Virus record (IMG/VR): IMGVR_UViG_3300009508_000011
Span: 1 to 64,000 of that record
Direction: 5' to 3' (one strand)
Length of the DNA stretch: 64,000 bases
Part shown: piece after piece, positions 39,267 through 48,318 of the stretch
Layout of the letters: each line of letters opens with the position of its first letter
Numbering within the stretch: the stretch's first letter is position 1
The notes under the pieces: model-generated
The model's database searches: none
The model's input: only the letters and a program-made list of their open reading frames with translations
What the model was told of the DNA's origin: nothing
Made by a program: the position numbers and the translations under genes

Positions 39267-40672
39267 AAAAAAGTTGTGGTCATATCCAAAGGAATGAATT
39301 CCGGAACATGTTCACCACGGATAACTTCATCAGGGTTATCACCTTTACCTTCTTTGATACTATCGCCGTAGCGGAGTCCACACGATGGACAATCAGTATT
39401 CGGGTAACCAATAACTGCAATGGTACAATCTTCAATGTACTCACCAATACTATTCATGATTGATGTACGGATTGTATCTTCCGCAGAAAAATCAGAACAG
39501 ATACTATCGATTGTATCGCGGTCATCGATAACGTCAGGAGATTCTTCATCACCCAAGTCGATAGATTTAATCCAGTGTGAATACTGACGCAGTGTTGCTA
39601 AACGACCTTGGTCTGTAATGTACTGGTCACGCTCACCACCTTTAAGTGGGATACGGAAAGCCTTGTCAACCATATTAACAGTAGTGTCAACCCAGTTGAA
39701 ACCAACTTGTTCAAAGTCGTATACGTTAGGAACCGCCAGTGTCATTTTAATACCGTCACCACCAAGTATTTCAGTAGTGCGAGTATTAAAAGCAAAGCCT
39801 TCTTGGTACTTAGCAATGTCTTCAGCAGTGTGTGTAGCATTACGCTTAGACATATGTTTCATTTGTTCTTCCGATAACTTAGAAGTATCAACTACACGTA
39901 AACGTGCAATGTTAACAGTACCTTCAGAAATATGATTACATTTAGTAATCTGTGCAACACAAGGTTCACGTAGCTCGTACCCATCAGGATACATAGTACA
40001 GACAATGCCCCATACCAGACTAGGTAAGTCAGTAGAAAGAATGATACGTTTTAGTTCTTCAGTATCTTTAGTACCAAAAGTAGTATCGTAAACATGCGCA
40101 AGGATAAAGTTAACTAAATAACTTTGAATATATACGCTACTGTTAGAGAAAATCATTCCGTTGGTAACACGACCAAGTGTAATCTTCTCTTGAGCAATGC
40201 GACGATTAAGTTCAAGAATAGCTGCGTTACTAGGAGCTTTAAGAGTTACCCACCCGCCAGTGTGCCATAAAGGAATAGGTACAATAGAACCAAGACCAAG
40301 TCTAGCCTTAACTTTCATTACTGCGGCTTCACCTGAAACAATACCAGAAGAGTCTTTAGCTCTTAAACGTGAAGCAGTGATTGGCTTATCATCGTGAGTA
40401 GGTCGGTTTGTCCATTCAGCTGAATCATCTTCCAAACGTTTACGGAATGTCTGACCACTCATTAAATGGTCTACACCTTTAGATACCGCTTCCATCCATA
40501 GTAAGGCATTTGGTCCAGCCTGTTGAATGTTTGGTAATTTACGAACATCTTTATCGATGGTGGTTGCGTTTGCATTGAGAAGCACTAAAGCTTCTTCAAT
40601 CGTTACAGGTTTTTCGCTAGGTTTATCACGTAGCGATTTAATCTCTGCCTTTGGGTCAATATTAACTGACAT
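39215..40672 (-). CDS. Baseplate hub/tail assembly protein (gp77-like; T4 gp26-like Cys motifs)
   Basis: 485 aa; PC...KC and CPSCG; ends with FF codons on a T7 run. Confidence 0.6.
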   Translation of the reverse strand: MSVNIDPKAEIKSLRDKPSEKPVTIEEALVLLNANATTIDKDVRKLPNIQQAGPNALLWMEAVSKGVDHLMSGQTFRKRLEDDSAEWTNRPTHDDKPITASRLRAKDSSGIVSGEAAVMKVKARLGLGSIVPIPLWHTGGWVTLKAPSNAAILELNRRIAQEKITLGRVTNGMIFSNSSVYIQSYLVNFILAHVYDTTFGTKDTEELKRIILSTDLPSLVWGIVCTMYPDGYELREPCVAQITKCNHISEGTVNIARLRVVDTSKLSEEQMKHMSKRNATHTAEDIAKYQEGFAFNTRTTEILGGDGIKMTLAVPNVYDFEQVGFNWVDTTVNMVDKAFRIPLKGGERDQYITDQGRLATLRQYSHWIKSIDLGDEESPDVIDDRDTIDSICSDFSAEDTIRTSIMNSIGEYIEDCTIAVIGYPNTDCPSCGLRYGDSIKEGKGDNPDEVIRGEHVPEFIPLDMTTTFFTLCEQRIQSTVSRPLS

Positions 40673-40674
40673 TA

Positions 40675-41124
40675 TTACTCCCCTAAATTACCGGCACACA
40701 GTTCGGTGATTTGCTCCATAGTTGGAGCTGTTAAGTTAATGAAACGGTCTTGCCATTGTTGATAGCGAGAACCAACACTGATTGTAATATTCATTACTTC
40801 AATGTCACTGGTCTTTTTACCAATGGCATCTATTTCAGACATACATTGTTTATCGATGTTGTCCAATTCGATTTTTAATGCATTCAGGTCACGAGCTAAG
40901 GTATTAGCAAGTGCACCAACAGCAACTTCATCCAGTTTAACTTCTGGATTACTTTTAGCTGCTATAATCAATTCTTTGATTTGGGCACTATTACCGATTA
41001 ACCCTAAACAGGCTGCTCGAATGTCTTTGGCTTCTGCGATAAAAGTATCACGCTTAGATGCTTTCTTAGCAACTTGCTTAACTGGTACTTTGCCATTTTT
41101 ACGTTTGTTATTAGATTCGGGCAT
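40675..41124 (-). CDS. Conserved hypothetical protein (gp78-like)
   Basis: 149 aa; basic N-terminus; TATG late-type motif upstream near 41168. Confidence 0.7.
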   Translation of the reverse strand: MPESNNKRKNGKVPVKQVAKKASKRDTFIAEAKDIRAACLGLIGNSAQIKELIIAAKSNPEVKLDEVAVGALANTLARDLNALKIELDNIDKQCMSEIDAIGKKTSDIEVMNITISVGSRYQQWQDRFINLTAPTMEQITELCAGNLGE

Positions 41125-41215
41125 CGATTGCTCCTTTAATATGAATTCAATTAAATTTAGTGCTACACATAACTAAACAGATGTGAGTAAAAAATACCCT
41201 AAGGAGAAATGAGTC

Positions 41216-42040
41216 ATGTATTTAGGCGAATTACTTAGAAATAATTACGACATCGAACGTGTCGCTATTACTATCAAAGCCCTTGAGCTTTTCATGTCGA
41301 TGGACTATTTACAAGCCGAGGCTGACTTAGAGAAACTTATTAGTGACTGGGGTAACCTTACAGACACATCTAGTCTCCTTAGTGAAATAGATAACAGAAT
41401 CATCGAACACCTAGTATTCATTGTTCACGAATACGGCATAACACTCAATAGCGACTACAATCCATCCTTGTACGAAATGTACACTTTGGTTAACGGTATA
41501 GAGTTATTAACTCAGTACGACCAACCAGAAGACCTGTTGGATGTTATCGAAGCACAGGAAGATAATGTAGAACGTATGGTAGAGGCCATAGGGTTAGTTG
41601 TTAAGGATATGTTAACTGGTAATATCCTAGACTACTATAACATAGTGGAAAGCACTACCGAAGATTTCTGGAAGAATTTGATTTTGGTGGTTGAAGGTAC
41701 TAAAGAAGAGATTGTGGACTTCGATGCTAAGGTAAATATTAAACCTCCTCTTACTCCTAGTAAAGTGTGGGAGTGGATTGAACTTAGTGGACGTGCTGGT
41801 TACAGACTAGATGCTGCATTTAAGTTACATGACCAGATGTTAGAAGAAACTCTGGAACAGACTCCTAAGCGCGTTGCTATACAACAAATTTGTTTGGAGC
41901 TTAAGACCTTAGTACATTACTCAGGCAATGAAGATAAATCTGACGATGTTGTTTATCAACTATTAGAAGAACTTGACCCCAATCCAGACACATTACTAAT
42001 GGCTCAGTCGTTCCTACCGTACATTGACTTGGGACTTTAA
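41216..42040 (+). CDS. Conserved acidic hypothetical protein (gp79-like)
   Basis: 274 aa directly before the vRNAP subunit; AAGGAG RBS. Confidence 0.7.
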   Translation: MYLGELLRNNYDIERVAITIKALELFMSMDYLQAEADLEKLISDWGNLTDTSSLLSEIDNRIIEHLVFIVHEYGITLNSDYNPSLYEMYTLVNGIELLTQYDQPEDLLDVIEAQEDNVERMVEAIGLVVKDMLTGNILDYYNIVESTTEDFWKNLILVVEGTKEEIVDFDAKVNIKPPLTPSKVWEWIELSGRAGYRLDAAFKLHDQMLEETLEQTPKRVAIQQICLELKTLVHYSGNEDKSDDVVYQLLEELDPNPDTLLMAQSFLPYIDLGL

Positions 42041-42058
42041 CAGACCAAAGGTTTAAAC

Positions 42059-43315
42059 ATGAATAAAAAAGCTTTTTTATTATTCCTTGCCCGTAATAAG
42101 TTATACGCAAAAAAGAAAGTATTAATTTCTTCTTTCGCTATAATTCAACCGGAAGAGCAAGGTACATCTGAACCTTACGTGGGTCAGGTAACAACACGTG
42201 ATGGTAAAGTGACCATCATGGATGACCAATTAGAACCTCAAATACTTGAAGGTTGGGTTGATGGTAAACCATATCTAGACGTAAACGAAATCGTAGAGTT
42301 AGACTCAGGCGATATCCCAAACGTTAAAGATAAAGTTAAAACTACATACGGCATTGCTTTAGTTAACCTACTAATGCTTACACATGCTTTTGGTGACAAA
42401 ATTCCATACATGAATGGTGTTATCGGGTACGGTAGACTTGAGTCTAAGGTATTAGAAGCACTACATGGTGGAGACATCAGTGTAGAGGAGCTTAGGGTCT
42501 TTCTTAAAGCCGCTTCTTGGTCTACTGGCATAATGCCATTGTTTATAGCACCGACCTCTCCTAAGTCCATACAGGGCGCTCCAGAGGCCAAGGCACTACG
42601 TAAGAAATTAATCGAAGAACGCAAAGATAGATTGGATGACCCAACTGCTCTTGCTGAAATCGATACCGCACTTTCAAAACTAGATAAAGAATACATCGAG
42701 GGTGATGTTACTGAGGCTTTCTATAAGTCAGGTAAGGCACACAACGTAACTCGTAAACGTATGTACTCTATATTCGGTGGTGAAGCAGATATGGAGAATC
42801 CATCTAAGATGAATCTTGTATCTAACTCATTGGAAGAAGAGTGGGACGTAGAACAAATGCCAGCAATGATTAATGCCTTGCGTATGGGTTCTTATAAGCG
42901 TGGTGCAGAAACTGCATTAGGTGGTGCTGACTTTAAAGATTTATCTCGTATGTTCCAAAACATCAAGATAACCGAAGATGACTGCGGTACTAAGGTTGGT
43001 AAGAGAACTTTATTTACTAATGAAAACTACAAACGTCTAACTGGTCGTACTACGGTTAAAGGTAAGAAATTATCTGATACAGATGCTAAAGCTTTAATTG
43101 GTAAACGGGAACTGTTACGTTCACCACAAGCCTGTAAGACTAAGGGTTCTAACTTCTGTAAGGTTTGTGTTGGTGAAGCAGTATCAATCAATCCTAACTC
43201 CGTAGGTATGCTTGCAGCTAATCTAGGTGCTTCTTTCTTAAGTATCATGATGGCAGCCATGCATGGCCGTGCGTTGACACTGGTAGAAGCAGACTTAAAT
43301 GAGGTACTATCGTAA
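42059..43315 (+). CDS. Virion RNA polymerase beta'-middle subunit (gp80-like)
   Basis: RMGSYKRGAETALGG, ITEDDCGT, LRSPQAC...FCKVCVG Zn site, MAAMHG. Confidence 0.88.
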   Translation: MNKKAFLLFLARNKLYAKKKVLISSFAIIQPEEQGTSEPYVGQVTTRDGKVTIMDDQLEPQILEGWVDGKPYLDVNEIVELDSGDIPNVKDKVKTTYGIALVNLLMLTHAFGDKIPYMNGVIGYGRLESKVLEALHGGDISVEELRVFLKAASWSTGIMPLFIAPTSPKSIQGAPEAKALRKKLIEERKDRLDDPTALAEIDTALSKLDKEYIEGDVTEAFYKSGKAHNVTRKRMYSIFGGEADMENPSKMNLVSNSLEEEWDVEQMPAMINALRMGSYKRGAETALGGADFKDLSRMFQNIKITEDDCGTKVGKRTLFTNENYKRLTGRTTVKGKKLSDTDAKALIGKRELLRSPQACKTKGSNFCKVCVGEAVSINPNSVGMLAANLGASFLSIMMAAMHGRALTLVEADLNEVLS

Positions 43316-43488
43316 TGAATTACTTTAACAGAGTACATAGACACATCAGTGACGTAGCTAATGTTACATTACCATATCGGGACATCGATGCGCATAATAA
43401 CTCACGCATTAAGGCCTCTAAGCTTTTTAAGCCTCGTGGTAAAACCTTCGATAAAATGTGTAAGTTAAGTAAAACAACCAAATGGTAA
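43315..43488 (+). CDS. Small basic protein missed by the ORF track (57 aa)
   Basis: TAATG overlap, GAGG RBS, ends just before terminator 43507. Confidence 0.65.
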   Translation: MNYFNRVHRHISDVANVTLPYRDIDAHNNSRIKASKLFKPRGKTFDKMCKLSKTTKW

Positions 43489-43506
43489 TAAGTAAGTACA
43501 TAATCA

Positions 43507-43536
43507 GGAGAGCTTCGGCTCTCCCTTATGCCGTAT
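43507..43536 (+). terminator. Terminator plus TTATGCCGT; identical to 35051-35080
   Basis: GGAGAGCTTCGGCTCTCCCTTATGCCGTAT. Confidence 0.9.
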
Positions 43537-43596
43537 TTGTATGATAGTCGCCAGCTATCAATCGTGGTTAACTACATTAACTGAAAGGATTAAACC

Positions 43597-43989
43597 ATGG
43601 ACATTGAAAGTGCATTAAGGTTGGCGTATCGTGCTGGTAAGGAAGATGCATTATTACCTGATGGGGAAAACGAAGCAGTGGTGAGTATATTAAAAAATAT
43701 AAACCTTCGTAGATTCTCAATAGGTGATTGGATATTCGATATTAAACAAGTAAGAGCTTTAAAGGCACCTGTACATGGTGTACCATACAGTGCCACTGCC
43801 ATGATGACCTTGAATGGTGCAAGTGCTTACATAGATACTTTTCTAACTAAGGATTACGGTAGTTTAAGTAGAAAAGATTTTACGTCGATGACCACCGCAT
43901 CAAAATTGTTAGGTACTGAACGTTTGACATATGACCGCATTAAACCAAACCTTAAAAGAAGTGAAAGTTTAGACTTAACATCTACCTAA
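43597..43989 (+). CDS. Hypothetical protein
   Basis: 130 aa; AAGGA RBS; terminator at 44006-44023. Confidence 0.75.
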   Translation: MDIESALRLAYRAGKEDALLPDGENEAVVSILKNINLRRFSIGDWIFDIKQVRALKAPVHGVPYSATAMMTLNGASAYIDTFLTKDYGSLSRKDFTSMTTASKLLGTERLTYDRIKPNLKRSESLDLTST

Positions 43990-44027
43990 GGTGAAAAAAA
44001 AATAAGGAGGGCTAGTGCCCTCCGTAT

Positions 44028-44762
44028 TTATGCAGTCCATTCATAACCAGTGGACATTAACCCATCCCACACATCTTTAGTGTATACTTTAAAGGGTCCA
44101 ATTAATTCTGTACTGTTGGACAGTATGTGCTCAATTAAATCCTCCTCTTTAATCGTATACCAACCATCTAGATAATCAACAACCTCAGAGGTGTCATTGA
44201 AAATATATGGCACATTAGAAATAGTGTGAACAAGTACTGGTTCGATATCCAGACGCCTCCATACGTTGGTTCTATCAACCATATACATATTGCGTCTAAG
44301 TTTCTTATCGAACACGCAAATCATACTTGGTTTAGGCGAGTCATCCTTACGCAAAACTCCGTGAGTATAGAATTTTAATCTACCGTGAATAAATCTAATC
44401 TGTCCCCTAAGTAAATAATTTAAGAAGACTTTGGTCGAGGTATCCACAGGAATGAATAGTACTACTGTAGCACCTTTCCTAGATTCATCCCAAGCCTTCT
44501 TAATGAACTTACCCTTATTAGCGGTATCGTTAGGTGGTGCACAGAAGACTACTTCATTGCTCCAATCTTTCACTAGTGCATCATCTTCAATGGTGTAGTA
44601 TTTATCACACTTAGCATTATCGGCACTAGCTGCTGCATCTAGAGTAAAGTTAAACTCTCTATCCAGCTGATTGAAAATGTCCTCTATGGTCCCGTTGCTG
44701 TCAGGGGTACTGGGTCCAAGATAGGTCTTGTCCACAAAGTTATTCTTAATTCTATCTGCCAT
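44028..44762 (-). CDS. Phage N6-adenine DNA methyltransferase family protein with degenerate catalytic motif
   Basis: FTLDAAAS...NAKC..YYT.EDDAL..DW and IRFIHGRLKF family motifs; motif IV reads FCAPPN instead of NPPY/F. Confidence 0.8.
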   Translation of the reverse strand: MADRIKNNFVDKTYLGPSTPDSNGTIEDIFNQLDREFNFTLDAAASADNAKCDKYYTIEDDALVKDWSNEVVFCAPPNDTANKGKFIKKAWDESRKGATVVLFIPVDTSTKVFLNYLLRGQIRFIHGRLKFYTHGVLRKDDSPKPSMICVFDKKLRRNMYMVDRTNVWRRLDIEPVLVHTISNVPYIFNDTSEVVDYLDGWYTIKEEDLIEHILSNSTELIGPFKVYTKDVWDGLMSTGYEWTA

Positions 44763-44850
44763 CGTAATTCCTCATTTTATTTAAACTTTCCTTTTATGTG
44801 TTTACGAAAAAAATAAAGGGGCACTAAGCCCCTTTTTATTCTCAGCTATT

Positions 44851-45936
44851 TTATTGCTGGTCAAGTAGACCGACCTTAGTAACTAAACTTAACAGACAAG
44901 TTTGTGCTTCATCTGATTCCATTCGGTTAATAATATCGAAAACGAATTGAGAGGCAAAATCGGATAGCCTTACACACTCTGCTGTGGTTATGGTGTATTG
45001 TCCAGGATTAGAGAATAAAAGTATTGAGCGTTCTTTCTGTACATCAGTAAGACGCTGTATCAATAATTCTTTCCTTTGTTCCAATGGCATACGACCAAGT
45101 GTGTATGAAATAGCTTTACCAACTATCACGCCCTCATGAGTTAGAGATGGATAGGTCTGTACTACAGGTTCCTTATCCACTATATCTTCCTCATCGAACA
45201 GGATTTCTTTACGTATCTTAACCTTGGCGTAAACCTCAGTCATGGTATTCATACTTGTATACCCACGTAAGATGTCTTGTTGCTTTTCTGACATATCTTT
45301 CAATTGACGATTGGTCAACTTACAATTCAGATGTAACAACTCCTTAATTGAATCGGAATCAAATGTCAGGTCTTCGCTATAAGTAGCTAAGTTAGCATTC
45401 GCCCAATTTCTTAAGGATGACTCCAGTTCGTCTTCATATACAACACCATCATCGCTCACTCCTGCAAGTAACATTATTGCAGCGACGTCTCTTGCATCAC
45501 GTTCACGTAGTTTTAATACGTTAAGCTCAGAAGAGTTGAACTCTACCCTTAAACCGTTAGATAAGGCGTCTAGGATTTCGTCAGGTGTTTTACACGGGTC
45601 TGATTTCAGATTCAGAACGTTTAATAAAGACCCTAGCTGCTTGCGTTCGATTATTTCGTCTACAAGTCTAGTAAGAGTTATCCTATCAAGGTGCCTAATT
45701 TCAGATACCAATCCACGGACTACAAATACTGCTATTGTCGTATCATCACTTCCGATTAGTTCCCTAACCGTTGAAAGATAATTACAGGTCTTTTGGACCC
45801 AACGTTCAGTCACCTGTGGTTCCATCATAAACCGTGACCATATTGTTATTAGAACTGCTGCCAGTTCGTTTTCTTTGATGGATGAGTGTTCAACAATTGG
45901 AACTTTTCTAATAAGTCCTGTATCAACTGTGTACAT
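44851..45936 (-). CDS. Hypothetical protein
   Basis: 361 aa; AGGAG RBS; terminator at 44815-44835. Confidence 0.8.
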   Translation of the reverse strand: MYTVDTGLIRKVPIVEHSSIKENELAAVLITIWSRFMMEPQVTERWVQKTCNYLSTVRELIGSDDTTIAVFVVRGLVSEIRHLDRITLTRLVDEIIERKQLGSLLNVLNLKSDPCKTPDEILDALSNGLRVEFNSSELNVLKLRERDARDVAAIMLLAGVSDDGVVYEDELESSLRNWANANLATYSEDLTFDSDSIKELLHLNCKLTNRQLKDMSEKQQDILRGYTSMNTMTEVYAKVKIRKEILFDEEDIVDKEPVVQTYPSLTHEGVIVGKAISYTLGRMPLEQRKELLIQRLTDVQKERSILLFSNPGQYTITTAECVRLSDFASQFVFDIINRMESDEAQTCLLSLVTKVGLLDQQ

Positions 45937-46005
45937 TGTTTTTAACTCCTAATATAGGTGATATCACAATGAGTTGTTAGTTGCACTGCTACTCCATGGT
46001 ACTAC

Positions 46006-46767
46006 TTAGTTTATATCAAACTCACCACGCACTTTCATGCTGGAGTTCAGGTTGATGTTAATGCTAGCAACCCTTTTTCTAAAGTACAGAGGCATGTTAA
46101 TGAAAGCCAGTAGGTCTAGTATTGCTAAAGACATACTTGACGGTAACTTACCTGTATCCTTAATAACGACTAACAACTCCCCTTTTTCTTTCAACGCATA
46201 ATCGTCCTCCAATGTTTCTATAAACTTACTACACATAGCCGCACGACAAACTAATGTCTCTTGGTTCTGTATAGATATAACACCACACATCTTGGCATAG
46301 TGGAACAGCCAATCAGTTTGACCTTCAAAACAAGCCTTGTTACCAGCTTTGAGTTGTGTCAAATAGTACTCCATAGATTTCAGGATAATATCTGCCATGA
46401 AATCATTGCAACCTTGTAACTCTCGGATTTCTACCAATAGTTCATGTCGGTACACCTCTACCAAAGCCGCGTACACTCTAAATGAGCTAGGCATGGTGAA
46501 GTACTCTGACAAATACAAGTTTGACGGTATATCGGATATATCAACGTAATTAATTGTTTCAATATCCGGACTAGTTTGAGCGACAACTTCTTTTTGCTTT
46601 GGTTGTACCACCTCAGTTGGTGGTCTATGTACTTGGTTGTCTTTTGCTTCAGATTTTTCGGTAATAGCGCCGTCCCTAAGGTTGGCGCATTTAGCAGCTA
46701 CGTTTAATGCTACATTACCAAGAAATTCTAAAGTCCAGTTGGTTATGGGCTTTAGTCTTTCCTTCAC
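46006..46767 (-). CDS. Hypothetical protein
   Basis: 253 aa; GTGA overlap with helicase stop. Confidence 0.7.
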   Translation of the reverse strand: MKERLKPITNWTLEFLGNVALNVAAKCANLRDGAITEKSEAKDNQVHRPPTEVVQPKQKEVVAQTSPDIETINYVDISDIPSNLYLSEYFTMPSSFRVYAALVEVYRHELLVEIRELQGCNDFMADIILKSMEYYLTQLKAGNKACFEGQTDWLFHYAKMCGVISIQNQETLVCRAAMCSKFIETLEDDYALKEKGELLVVIKDTGKLPSSMSLAILDLLAFINMPLYFRKRVASININLNSSMKVRGEFDIN

Positions 46768-48293
46768 TTTAGCGGTCTCCCTATAATGAATGAAGATTCC
46801 ATTTCACCTATCGATTTAACACGTGGACGGAGAAGCTTTTTCTTCTTCTCATGGTACTCCATATGCTTCGGTAGATTCCTCGCTAGGATATACATGAAAT
46901 CTGGTTCAACATCAGGCCAATCCTTTAACTTCCTCAACCTGCCCACAATCTGGATATTAGCCTGACTGGAACTGATATTGGTCGTCATTAGACTGTAGCG
47001 TAACCCTGGTATATCAACACCAGTACCTGCCGATAAAGCAGTAGACACAGAAATGTCTGATTCCATAAGGACTTCATAGTCATCCTCAGAAATGTACCGT
47101 GCAACATCTAGGGTAGGGTTTCGTATAGCCAAGTGGTCAGCTATCTTACCACACATCTCCTTAGTAGCCGCAAAGACTAAAGCTTTCTGCCCGTCCTCTC
47201 TACGACCAACGTACATGTCATATACCAGAGCATCAATCATCGCTAGGTATTGTGCTAGATAAAGAGGCTTCTTAAGAATGCTTTCTTCAAATAGCGTATG
47301 ACTATACATCTTCTGTTGGTTGATGTGTCTAATCTTCTCAGGTTCCCACAACTCGTACGTAAGTGCTCGCACACGAATGTATCTATCGAAATCACCAGGC
47401 ATGAAACGCATTCGCTCAGGCCATTGTATCTGTAACATTTTGTTACGGAATGGTGAGTCGGTAGTTATAGTAGCCGATAGGAAGATGGTCTTAGGTATAT
47501 GTGCATACAAGTCCATCTTGAAGATTTGATGTTGGTTTTCATGGGCTTCGTCAACAACTCTTAATCCAACCCCTAGAACTTTCCACAGCTCCCAAGGTTT
47601 TATCGGATAACCTCTCAGCTTACCCATCTCGTAATCTTTATAGAAACGAGCAAGTGTTGTAGTTGAAGCAATGATAGCCTTGTAATTGAATTCTCCAGCC
47701 AGTGATAAATTGATTGCACTTAACAAAGCTTTACTGCCACGTATAACGCAAATCTCTTTCTTACTTAACTGTAGACATTCTTCAAGGTCACCAATCCATT
47801 TCTCGATATACTTACCACCCATTTGGAAACAGGTAAGTACCCCAAGAGTTTCAGCAGCTTTTTGACTACAGAAAGTTTTACCTTGTCCTGTAGCAAGTGT
47901 AACTACTTTAGATTCACCGGGGTCTTCCATATACTGGATTACCCGTGGTTGGTCATCTCTTGGTTGCCAATGGTCAGGAATACTGTAATTCACTTCATTA
48001 GGAGTGTACATTCGCTTATGCGTTATGTCAATCAGATGAATTGGAATGCCAGCGTTCTTTACCATATCGATGAATTCATCGTACTGGTTAATGTGGAAAC
48101 GATAATAGCTTCTGTCAGCACACGAGGCTGCATAGACTTTCTTAGCTTCCTTGTGAAACTTACCTCTCGCGTAGAATCCCGCCCACTCAATGAGAGGACG
48201 GAGAAAATTACCGATGAGAGGTCGCATACGAGGTGATATCTTAGTCACCGAGAAATGGTGACTATAAACAGATATGTTACAATATTGACTCAA
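46764..48293 (-). CDS. Superfamily 2 DEAH helicase (gp75-like)
   Basis: LATGQGKT, VVDEAH, LSAT, QIVGRLR. Confidence 0.92.
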   Translation of the reverse strand: MSQYCNISVYSHHFSVTKISPRMRPLIGNFLRPLIEWAGFYARGKFHKEAKKVYAASCADRSYYRFHINQYDEFIDMVKNAGIPIHLIDITHKRMYTPNEVNYSIPDHWQPRDDQPRVIQYMEDPGESKVVTLATGQGKTFCSQKAAETLGVLTCFQMGGKYIEKWIGDLEECLQLSKKEICVIRGSKALLSAINLSLAGEFNYKAIIASTTTLARFYKDYEMGKLRGYPIKPWELWKVLGVGLRVVDEAHENQHQIFKMDLYAHIPKTIFLSATITTDSPFRNKMLQIQWPERMRFMPGDFDRYIRVRALTYELWEPEKIRHINQQKMYSHTLFEESILKKPLYLAQYLAMIDALVYDMYVGRREDGQKALVFAATKEMCGKIADHLAIRNPTLDVARYISEDDYEVLMESDISVSTALSAGTGVDIPGLRYSLMTTNISSSQANIQIVGRLRKLKDWPDVEPDFMYILARNLPKHMEYHEKKKKLLRPRVKSIGEMESSFIIGRPLK

Positions 48294-48318
48294 AATTAAC
48301 CTCTCCCGTTGTTGCCAG

